NCBI GenBank assembly: GCA_964234715.1
Contig: OZ174279.1
From: Podarcis melisellensis
Lineage: Eukaryota
Length of the DNA: 64,000 nucleotides
Reading direction: 5' to 3' (one strand)
Made by a program: the position numbers and the translations under genes. Below the pieces are notes generated by a model. That model had not been told where the DNA came from, searched no databases, and saw nothing but the letters and a program-made list of their open reading frames with translations. Below, piece by piece: positions 26,850 to 38,000 of this stretch (positions are counted from its first letter, which is position 1; the number at the start of each line of letters is the position of its first letter).

Positions 26850-26975
26850 GTTTTGGAAGGAAAGCCTATTTATGTGGATTGCTACGGGAATCTAGCCCCT
26901 TTGACAAAAGGAGGACAGCAGCTTGTATTTAATTTTTATGCTTTCAAAGAAAATAGACTGCCATTTTCTATCAAG
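26850..26975 (+). CDS. ANK3: Ankyrin-G exon (exon 33 equivalent), UPA
   Basis: acag|GTT TTG GAA...ATC AAG|gtaaaa; 126 nt; [42 protein letters not shown]. Confidence 0.97.
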
Positions 26976-28438
26976 GTAAAAGTAAAACCGCACTGGAGCA
27001 GTCACAATGAGAAAACTGTTCCTGCGTGATGACAAACCTTGTGTGTTTGTGTGTGTTTTTCAAACCCTCTGTTTGTCTGTGGTGTTTGGAAAAGGTGCAC
27101 TATCCACTTCACCTGTGCAGCGGCATATTGCTACCACGAGATGTGAGCCGCCATCCCACTAATTGGGAATGGCAGGTTTGAAGCCTGCTTAAGGTACACT
27201 GAGGAAATTAGGTTGCTGGCAGAAAGGAGCTCCAGGGCTCTGGGATGAACTTCAAGATGATGGGCTTCGGTTTACCTCCTTGCTAGTATTTAGAAAGCTT
27301 TGTACCACTTATTAAGCAAAGTTTAAAGGGCCAATCTGCTTCTTTACAAAAATATATGTTTTATGGACTGCTACTCAACTGCATTTTAATTTTACTTCTG
27401 AGTTGTGATTTTGTTAGGATTTTTAATGTGTTTGTAAAGCCCCTTAAATGGTTGGAGGTACAAGTTGGCAGTTCTTTAAAAGAAGCATTTAAATAACCAC
27501 AACATCCATGTGCAAAAAAGTTACCATGTTAGCCAGGTTGCCAGTGTTCACATTATACCTTCATAATGCCATCTCCAAAACAGGAGAAAATGCAGCCACC
27601 AAGTGGCTTGTGTTGTTGCCTTGTTGATTTAGTTTAAGCACTTTAATTTGTTTCCAGACAAAAATGGGAGGTTTTTTCTTTCTGGCCTTAAGTCTAGGTT
27701 GCCAGAAAGACCACTTTCTTCCATATTGATGGATGGATGGAGTTAGTTTGTTCATATGCCACCTTTTCACATAATTATGATCATCCATAATTATGATCTT
27801 ACCACCCCCACCCGTGAAGCTTAATTAGGTGGTGACCAGGGAAAGGTCCGTATTACCACTTGGCAATTAGTTGGCAACTGAATAAGATATTGTCTGGGCT
27901 GTCAATTATTTATGTTTTTATTTAATTTAATATATTTCCTTTTTGCTACTATCAATTGGCTCAGTTTGACTTTGTGGTTGTACTGGATTTTATAGTAGAA
28001 GTTTTCTTTTTAAAAATTTTAAGTCACCGGTCTTATTATGATGGAAAGGCAGGATGGCTATAAATGCTTTAGATAATTAAATGCAATCTCAAACTTTGGC
28101 CAGCTTCTTATTAGTCTTATTAAACTGTCCTTGGAATAATGCAGACACCTTGTAATTGTTTTAGCTTTGTGTTTGTAACACCCTGTGGTAGAAATAATGT
28201 GGAGGATTAATGTGTAGGACAGATGAGAATTAATGTTTGGAGATCCTGTTTCAGCACAAGGCATTTGATTTGACAATTATCAGGTGCCTTCCCATTGTAT
28301 GGTTCAAGGAACTTAGATTTGGGGGTTTCTTTGCGTGTTTTGTTTTTAAATTAGAGCTAATAGCTAAACTAAATTTAATGGAACCCAAAGGACTGTAAAC
28401 ATTTCAAACCAGTGTGTGAACATTTTATATATATATAG

Positions 28439-28561
28439 ATTAGAGACACCAGCCAAGAACCTTGTGGTCGCTTATCATTTCTGAAAGAACCAAAGACTAC
28501 AAAGGGTCTGCCGCAAACAGCTGTTTGCAATTTGAATATCACCTTGCCAGCACACAAAAAG
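28439..28561 (+). CDS. ANK3: Ankyrin-G exon (exon 34 equivalent), UPA
   Basis: atag|ATT AGA GAC...AAA AAG|gtacga; 123 nt; [41 protein letters not shown]. Confidence 0.97.
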
Positions 28562-28913
28562 GTACGATCACTAAGGCTAGTTTAATTTCTTTTTTTCTTT
28601 TTGCTGATTGTAATGAACCACTAGTAATGTGAATGCTTTGCAATCTGATTAAGCCTGTTTTATGTCTTAATGTTTTCATGTATGCAGAAAGCTTTTTGAG
28701 ACTTGTTACTGTGTTGCTGCATTTCTGCAATTTTTGATTACCGGGTCCTCCGTTTACAATTCATGCTTCAGCTTACAGTTCATATACTTTATGCTTTTAG
28801 TAATGTCATGTGTTGATTTGCATTCGATGTAAAGTTTTGTTTGTTAATTTATATTCTGTTGACATTTTGGGTTTGTTTTGCCTTTTATAAATTAGCTTGC
28901 ATTTTTTGTGCTC

Positions 28914-29053
28914 NNNNNNNNNNNNNNNNNNNNNNNNNNNNNNNNNNNNNNNNNNNNNNNNNNNNNNNNNNNNNNNNNNNNNNNNNNNNNNNNNNNNNNN
29001 NNNNNNNNNNNNNNNNNNNNNNNNNNNNNNNNNNNNNNNNNNNNNNNNNNNNN
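28914..29053. other. Assembly gap (140 N)
   Basis: N run. Confidence 1.
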
Positions 29054-31524
29054 TTTTACTTTTTTATTATAATCAGAATTCTTATCCATTAAAGATATAT
29101 GGTATCACAAAAAGATTTACTAAACCAAATAAATGAAGCCAATAACATGTGCTTGGAACAATATGAGCCCAACCTCTTTCCCTCTGCCCTCACTCTTCAC
29201 TAGACTTAGATATTTTATGTCTTCTGCTTTGCACACAGCAAAGCACCTGACTGTTTACCAATTGTGGGGAGCTCTTGCATCCTTGCTTCACACAGAGACC
29301 CCAGCATTCTGCCTTCTCCTCTTTGCGGGAATAGCTTGTACACCCAGAGAGAAACAGACCACTGGATGCATGCATGAGGTTTTGAAGGAGATCCCTTGAT
29401 TATACCCATTGCTATTCATCTAGGTGAGGAGCAGCAGAGAAGCTATTTTCCTTCCACTTCCTTAGTTCCAGCTAGACAGTATTTTAATCCTCTTTAATAC
29501 AGCAAACCACACTGTCTTGCCTGTCCATTCCTCTTCCCAATACCCAATAGGCAACTGAGACCCAGCAAATCCTTTGCTCGGGTATCCCAGGCCTGGTGGT
29601 CCTGCAATAATTACCTTTAGAAGAATGGCTCCTGACTGGAAGCTGCAAGCCACTTGCTCCCTTGGAGGAAGCAGATGGATCAGCACCATGGGATTCATGG
29701 TTTCTGACTGTTGTCTCTGTGAAATTTATGACTCTCTTGTTCACTGGGAGACACAGTGTAAAGGAAGATGAAAGCATGATTCAGGCAAAGTTAAGCACTA
29801 ATCTCAGTGGGAGGAAGTTAAGCTTGTGTTCTGTTCTCCCACTGAAATCAATAGGGCCTTAAAATGTGATTGAGCTTAGCAGGACGGCATCTTTAGATAG
29901 TATAACAGCCCATGGGGATTGGTCGTCTAAACAAAAAACCCAAAAGTATTTTTTTACTTGTCCTATTTTCTTACCAAACTAAATATGTATCTTTAAAAAC
30001 ACCCCACTATTAGCATCTAGAAACTTTACTAAAAACAGATCTACAACCCATATAGGGATTTTTGAAGCAAGTTGTAATCTGTTAGTGATTGTAACCTGCT
30101 TTCTAATCTGCATCCCTGCATTTGTGCATATTTATAAAAATCCCAGTCCATTCCTCTTTTCATTTATTTATCTTTGTCCTTTATGTAGTTCCTTTAAAGT
30201 AGGTGTACATTGTGATATATGTGCTTTTGCAACAAATTGATTTTTGAAGAACTTATTTGGCTGGCCTAAGTTACAGCTGTAGTGATATTCTACATGTCTA
30301 ACTGTAGCCTTGTGTGTGCCAAAAATGATTACTAAAATGCTAGCTGTATGATATGGGGGATTTACAATGATGGTGCTTTGTAATACAAAAATTAAGGCTT
30401 AGCAACTCACAAAGGTTCCTTAAAAAAACAGGTGTGTGATATCTGGCCATGTTTTACATGTTCTCTAAATTACTAACAATGTTTTTGGTGTTACATTTTG
30501 CCAACATTCATCTTAATACCATGTGTCTTTAAAATCTGTGTCTTTTAACTTTAAGAATGGATAGATTTCTTTCATGACACAAGGCCTGTTAGAGTACTGG
30601 GTTTTTTCCCCTTTCTTTCCAGGATTCCACCTGGGGTGATATTAGGAGCAGGCCTTGGGCTCATGCTGCATCCCACAGCCTTCCCCAGCTTCCCTCAATG
30701 TGAACAGACAACAGCTAGTGAATGGGAGATCCTATGTTTGTTCTATGTTTGTTCTAACAAAGGATCTCTGAGCCTGTGAGGCAGAACTCACTTGTCTTAT
30801 AAGGTCAGGTAGATCCCATGATCATACAAAACATGAACCCTCATGCCCTTCAGTCTGTGAGAAGGGAGTAAATGGGTGTGCCCAAAGCCTGCTCCAAGAG
30901 GTTGAATCCTAGATTTGGATAGCACCTGATTAGGCCTCAAGGTGTTTGTTCTCTCCAAATAAGCTCAAGAAGCTTTAGCAATGAAATGAGAACTTTGTAA
31001 ATCTATTCTTCAAAGACAACACACATCTCATAGTTACAAGACTTGAATGTTGGTGAAATGTAATTTCAGGTGCAGGCTTGGTAGAAATAAGGGATTGGGG
31101 GGCGGGTGGAATTTGAGTCTGTGAGCAGGGATAACTTTAAAAACATATAAGTGGATTGGGCTGTAACTTGAACTTAGCTTACTTTATTATTTCATTCTTA
31201 AAATTACACCACTTCATTGTAAATAAAAACCTCAAAACAGTTTATATATGAATGAATGAGGCCTTCGTAGAAAGGGGAGTGTGTGTAGGGGAAGTGTGAC
31301 AGTACAATTAGTTCTCCTGAAGATCTAAAAATATGTAAGGGTATGTGTGTGTTATCTTCCCATTTAAACTAAAACAAACAAGAATTATTGGTATATTCTG
31401 TCTGCCACTTTGGACAATATTTTGAAAAGTGGAATGTTAATTCATTAATTAAAAGAAAGAAACCTGCTCTAGACAGCAGCAACTGTATGTTAAAGGTACG
31501 AAACGGAAGTATGCTTTGTTACAG

Positions 31525-31606
31525 ACCGAGAAAACAGACCGGCGACAGAACTTTGTGTCCCTTGCTTTACGTAAGCGCTACAGCTATCTGACTGAGCCTG
31601 GAATGA
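31525..31606 (+). CDS. ANK3: Ankyrin-G exon (exon 36 equivalent)
   Basis: acag|ACC GAG AAA...ATG A|gtgagt; 82 nt; TEKTDRRQNFVSLALRKRYSYLTEPGM. Confidence 0.95.
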
Positions 31607-32057
31607 GTGAGTTTCTTAACAAACCTACTAATGCTGTAAACTGATCTTTCACAAGAAGAGACATTTTTTCTATAAATGTCATGTTTTGGTGTCATTGGAA
31701 AATGCCTGATTTAACAAGCAAAAGTCTCCATTTATCCAAGAACCCTTTGGAGTGCAGATAACTTGGGAAATTCAGGCTAATAAACCATAGTTTGTCTCTT
31801 GAAATATCCATGGACTAAAAGGATCATTAGGGTGGACTCACTAATCAGTACTTCTATAGCAAAAGAAGACAGGCAATTCTACCTTTAATAAGATGAGGTG
31901 GTTAAATCATAGTAAGTTTTATGGAGTTGGTAACATAATGACCAGCAAAACACAGATCAAAAACACTTTTGAAGAGAATTCTGAAGAGAATGTAGAAGAG
32001 AATTACACACATTTAGGGAATGTCCAGCAACATTCCTGCAGATGATTTCAGTGATCA

Positions 32058-32165
32058 AGTTGTGTGGTCCCTGAGGAACTCTGGACCCAAGTTGTTCAGG
32101 GCTTTGTAAATTCATCCAAGGACCTTGAACCTGGCTTGTGAGTAGATGGGCACTAACATGGCTGT
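32058..32165 (-). mobile_element. Degenerate L2/CR1-clade LINE ORF2 C-terminal fragment
   Basis: Minus strand gives ...PIYSQARFKVL / IYKALNNLGPEFLRDH, resembling the L2-type LP..R.FKVL...YKAL..LGP.YL motif. Confidence 0.55.
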
Positions 32166-33280
32166 AGCAGAGAGCCAAACTATATTTTACATTAGAAATG
32201 CATTTTAAAAAATGTGCTGAATCTTTATTTTAAAGGAAAAACAGCTGGGTGGAACCTCAGTCAGAATCAGGGCCCAGCATTGATTTTTCTTCTCAGAATT
32301 GTCCCTTGGTGGCTGTTTACCTGCAAAGATGTTGTCTGCAGTAAATAGCAACTTTGGGAGCAAATAGGGAATATGATCCTGACTGGGACTCAGCATGTTT
32401 TCTATCAGTCACCATCCTGACAGGTAGGTTTTTAACTTGTCATGTTGATCCAGAGTTAGCATGTGTGTGTTGTAAATGTAAATACAAATGAAGTAGAACC
32501 AATGTACAAAATTTTCAAACTACTACTCACTGTACAGTGGAAAAATGTATACATAATTTCCCACTGTACAATGGACATCTCTTAGAGAAGGTGGTCTACC
32601 AATGCTTACTCTTTACTGGATAGAACCAGTTGATTATTTTGAACATAATTATTGTTTGCCTTAAAAAAAAAACCTGACAAAAGTTTGAAATAATATCAGA
32701 GTAATGTCAGACAAAGCTGCGCTGAGAAGGTATTTTTGTTTCCATGCTAGTTCCTAGTGAAGAGATTGTGCCTTAATGTGTTTCTGTGTTTTACCATTTA
32801 AGCATTCGTGACAAAAGAACTCTGCCATGGGTCATAACATTACCAGTGGTGGCCCTTGCAAATCAGAGGAGCAGGCAAGTGCTGCTCCCCTTGCCTCCCC
32901 TCTTTACTTCAAAGACTATGTGAGCCAGCTTCCCCATAATGACACCCATTTGCATGGAGTCCCTTACAGGAAGGGTTGAGGGGAGAAAAACTGCACAACT
33001 GGCTGTTGGTGTAAAGGCATTAGCTGAAGACACTTTGAAGTGCCCAGCATCTTCAAGCAGCTCCAGGGCCTCACCTGCGTCTGCCAAGTTCCCCAGCTGG
33101 TGGCTTGCCTGCTGGCAGTGGCTGGGAAAGCACCTGCCATTGTGCATTCCCCAGTGCTCTCGAGCGTCCAATGTAGTGTCACTCCAGGGCATCTAGGAAA
33201 ATTAAATGGCATTTGGTTTTTCAGATGTAGCCAGCTACTGCCATCAAAGCAAGCCCACAGCTGGGAAAGCAAACAAATAC

Positions 33281-33302
33281 GTGTGTGTGTGTGTGTGTGT
33301 GT
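33281..33302. repeat. (GT)n microsatellite
   Basis: Directly visible. Confidence 0.9.
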
Positions 33303-34886
33303 TGGGGAAAGAGCTGCCTCAGTACACCCTGCCTGGAGCTGCTTTAACATGCAGCTGGCTTTGAAGATAGAGAAGGAAAATCCTTCTGCTATTCCTCTGA
33401 GAAGGCCACCACTGGTAACTTAAAAGACTGGAGTTCTGAAAGCCATTACCATATTAAGAGACACTGGTGATGTTAATCTCAAATTACAGCTTCCTAGAGT
33501 TGACATTCCCAGCTAAGTATTTACTTAGCTATTTTTAAATATATATCCCATCTTTTTTTGAAAATAGTCTCCAGGCAGCTTGCAAGTTCCACATTATAAA
33601 ATAGAAAATAATAAAATCTTCAAAAATGTAAACAGCACATTAAGACCAGGAGCCAATATTCTAACAATTTCCATTAGTATTGACACTTTCTATGGGCAGA
33701 CAAGATGGACTCAACTGGCACCTGAAGACAGTGAAGACAACATCAGATGACTCTGACTGGCAGGGGTGCAGTATGGTAACCATGGTGCTACCACAGAAAA
33801 GTCCCTCTCTTTGGAAGCCCCCTGTTAATTTTGTGATAGGGAAGGTTGAGCTTGCTTTCCTTGAACTGCTAGGAAAACTGTCTTCAAAAGACCTTGTAGA
33901 AAAAGTGTACTCTTCTTTTTAAATGCCTCCTGTGGAAAGATTTTTGAACATTTGTATATTTTGCATAGTACACCATGCAAACTGTTTTATTCCATGTGCT
34001 TGTTTTTGACATGATAAACCATGCATGAATAAAATTTAAAGTTTGGTTGCTTTGCTTGCTCACGTTTTTTCATTAATCGTATTTCCCATTTTTTATGTAT
34101 GACAAATGCTTCTTAAAGTCATTTCATGTGAAGCTTTTTATCTTTTAAGTTTTACCAAGTAAAAGGAATATCGCATGAAAAAGCCAACATATGCAAAAAG
34201 CTTTTTTCCCCCTTTTTGGTTCTTTTAATCCTTGAGTCAGAAAAGGTCTTGCTCTTATTGGCTTTGTGAGAGTGAAGCATATACAAAATGTGCATGGGAG
34301 AGAGAGAAAGTTTTGACTTTATTCCCGTTGCTTCACAGTTTGCACATCAATTGCCTGTCACCTTAAAGGTATTTTGGGTTCTGCATGAAATAGTTCGGAG
34401 TGGTTTTCAAAGCAGACTTTAGCTACTCAATGTCATTTGCACAAGTTTACACCGTTTTGTGTTAACGAAACTGCTATACAGTAAATATAAAATGTATTAA
34501 TGAAACTGCAAAGGATATAATGACAGAAATTTTCCTAAGGACAATTTTGATACTTGCACAAAGCAAAGACATACTGATAACAGGCAAAATGGAGCTGAGA
34601 TACTTAATATCTTAACTTTAGCACATCAGAAAGTCAATAGGAAGTAAGAGAAGAATTTTTGGTTGTGGCTATTACTTTGGACCATAATGGACTTCCTTCT
34701 ATGTGTTTTCTGTTCTTTCATTGTTTGCAGACTCGGTTGCCTTGTGCTTTCCTGTCTTTCATTTCATGTTGGTTTCTTTCTTTCTTTTTTTAATTTTGGA
34801 TCATCCATAATTATGTGACTCATTCCTATTTTTCCCTACCTGTTTAGCTGTTGATTTTACCTACTTCATTCTAATTCATACAAACA

Positions 34887-35014
34887 GTTGTACTTGCTTT
34901 TTTTGTAATATTACAACGTTTACTGACCAATTTTCTTCTCTGGTCTCTCTGTTTTTCAATCATTTTTGTTGATTTTTACGTTTGATTATTTTGGTTTAAC
35001 AATTTAAGAAACAG
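34887..35014 (+). promoter_or_regulatory. ANK3: Extended 3' splice region of the giant exon: AG-free zone, distal branch point and tandem acceptors
   Basis: No AG from 34887 to 35006; TACTGAC at 34921-34927; acceptors AAG (35008) and CAG (35014). Confidence 0.7.
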
Positions 35015-38000
35015 TTGAACGAAGTGCAGGAGCAACAAGATCCCTACCTGCTACCTATTCATACAAGCCATTCTTTTCAGCAAGACCGTATCAGTCTTGG
35101 ACAACAGCACCAATTACTGTGCCTGGGCATTCCAAATCAGGCTTCACTTCTCTATCAAGCTCTTCCTCTAACACTCCAACAGCTTCTCCATTAAAATCAA
35201 TATGGTCCGTTTCTTCTGCTTCACCAATCAAATCCACATTAGGAGCCTCCACTACGTCTTCAATTAAATCTGTTAGCGATGTAGCTTCTCCAATTAGATC
35301 ATTTCGGACAATCTCCTCTCCAATAAAAACCGTGGTCTCACAGCCTCCATATAATATCCAAGTCTCTTCTGGTTCTTTCGTCAGAGCACCCACAGTAACA
35401 GAAGCCACTAGTTTGAAAGGGCTGGCATCCGCATTCCCCTCTCGGACATCTCCAGTGACTACAGCTGGGTCTCTTTTGGAGAGATCATCCATTACCATGA
35501 CGCCTCCAGCATCCCCCAAATCGAACATTAACATGTACTCTTCAAGTTTGCCATTTAAGTCAATCATCACATCAGCATCACCGCTTTTATCTTCACCTTT
35601 AAAGTCAGTGGTGTCTCCTGCTAAGTCAGCAGTTGATGCTGTTTCACCATCTAAGGTCACGATGACTTCATCCCTCACTTCCCCTGTGAAACACACAGTC
35701 GGGCATACAGAGGTAGCCATGGTTAACGGATCCATGTCACCTTTGAAATATCCGTCCCCTGCCAATTTAATCAATGGAGCTAAAGCCACAGCCACATTTC
35801 AAGACAAGATCACTGCAGCAACCAGTTCTGCAAGTTGTGCTGTTAACGCAGCAACTGATACTGTTGAGAAAATGTTTCCAACCACTACTGCAACCCCATT
35901 TTCTCCACTCAGGTCGCATGTGTCTTCAACTCCATCAGCCTTTCAGTCAATAAGAACTACTCCTGCAGGTGTATTGTACACATCTCTTGGGTCAATATCA
36001 GCAACTACCTCGTCAGTAACTTCATCAACTATCACAGTCCCAGTATATTCTGTAGTCAATGTTTTGTCTGAACCAGCACTAAAGAAGCTCCCAGAGTCAT
36101 CTTCCCTTACCAAATCGGCAGCTGCGTTGCTATCGCCTATTAAAACATTGACTACAGAGACACGCACACAGCCTCACTTTAACCGAACCTCATCTCCTAT
36201 AAAATCATCCTTGTTTTTAGCACCCTCTGCTCTTAAGTTGTCCGTACCATCTTCTTTATCTTCTAGTCAGGAGATGTTAAAAGATGTGGCTGAGATGAAA
36301 GAGGACCTAATAAGAATGACAGCGATATTGCAGACAGATGTAATGGAGGACAAGGAATTCCAGCCAGAACTAACAAAGGAGGGTAGAATAGATGATGAAG
36401 AACCTTTTAAAATTGTTGAGAAAGTAAAAGAGGACTTAGTAAAAGTTAGTGAGATACTGAAAAAAGATGTGTGTTTAGAAAAGAAAGCATCAACCAAGCT
36501 ATCAAAAAATGATAAAGGACACTCTTCTGAGGATGAATGGGTAGAGTTCAGTGCAGATGAGATTGATGAAGCAAGACGGCAAGGCATGACATATCCTCCT
36601 ATAACTATTCCTGAAAAGGTGCAAATTAAAGCGAAGGCTGTATCCGAAAAGGATTATAACTTGACTAAAGTCATTGATTATTTGACGAATGACATTGGTA
36701 GTAGTTCTCTGGCAAGTCTAAAGTATAAGTTTGAAGAGGGGAAAAGAGAAGGTGAAGAGAGACAAAAGAGAGTTTTAAAACCAGCCATTGCATTGCAAGA
36801 ACACAAACTTAAAATGCCTCCAGCCTCCATGAGGCCTTCTACTTCAGAAAAAGAGTTGTGTAAAATTGCAGATTCCTTTTTTGGAACTGATACTATTTTG
36901 GAGTCTCCCGATGACTTTTCCCAACATGACCAAGACAAAAGTCCTTTGTCTGACAGTGGCTTTGAAACAAGAAGTGAGAAAACTCCTTCAGCTCCACAAA
37001 GCGCCGAGAGCACAGGGCCGAAACCACTTTTCCATGATGTACCCATCCCTCCGGTCATTACAGAGACAAGAACTGAGGTGGTTCACGTGATCCGTAGCTA
37101 TGAACCTTCATCAGAAGAAGTTCCTGAATCTCAAGCAGAAGAGCCGCCATCAACGAAAACGGCACCTACTTTTATGGAACTGGAACCCAGGCCAAACGGA
37201 GGGTCTATCAAAGAAAAAATGAAAGCCTTTCAAATAAAAGCCAGTAATGAAGATGAAGACCACAAATGTGTTCTTGGTAAAGGTGTCCGTGTAAAAGAAG
37301 AAACTCATATAACTACCACTACCAGAATGGTTTACCATAAGCCTCCGTGCACTGAGAGTTCTTCAGAAAGAATTGAAGAAACCATGTCTGTTCATGATAT
37401 AATGAAAGCTTTTCAGTCAGGACGCGATCCTTCCAAAGAGTTGGCAGGTCTGTTTGAACATAAGTCTTCGGTAACACCAGATGTTAGCAAGTCTACTGAA
37501 ATTTCACCACAACATACAGAGAAGGACAGCAAAATGAAACCCAAACTGGAGCGTATAATAGAGGTCCATATCGAAAAAGGTAATGAGGCTGAACCTACTG
37601 AAGTCATTATTAGAGAAACCAAAAAGCACCCAGAGAAAGAAATGTATGTTTATCAGAAAGACTTACCTCGAGGTGATTTGGAAAAACATGATGCTCTTCC
37701 TTGTTCAGATGAACAAGGTCAGCAAGAAGAAGAAGAACTGACAGCAGAAGAGTCCCTACCTTCTTATCTGGAGTCTTCTAGAGTAAATACTCCCGTGTCT
37801 CAGGAAGAAGACAGTCGCCCTAGTTCTGCCCAACTTATGTCTGATGACTCGTACAAAACACTGAAGCTTCTGAGTCAGCACTCAGTAGAGTACCATGACG
37901 ATGAGTTGTCAGAACTAAGAGGGGAGTCTTACAGGTTTGCTGAGAAAATGCTGCTCTCAGAAAAGCTAGATGTGTCTCACTCTGATACTGAGGAGTCAGT

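Noticed and set aside
35091-35795. 234-aa antisense ORF, and the other minus-strand ORFs within 35000-42800
   Set aside because: Shadow frames of the giant exon, with no independent homology or signals.
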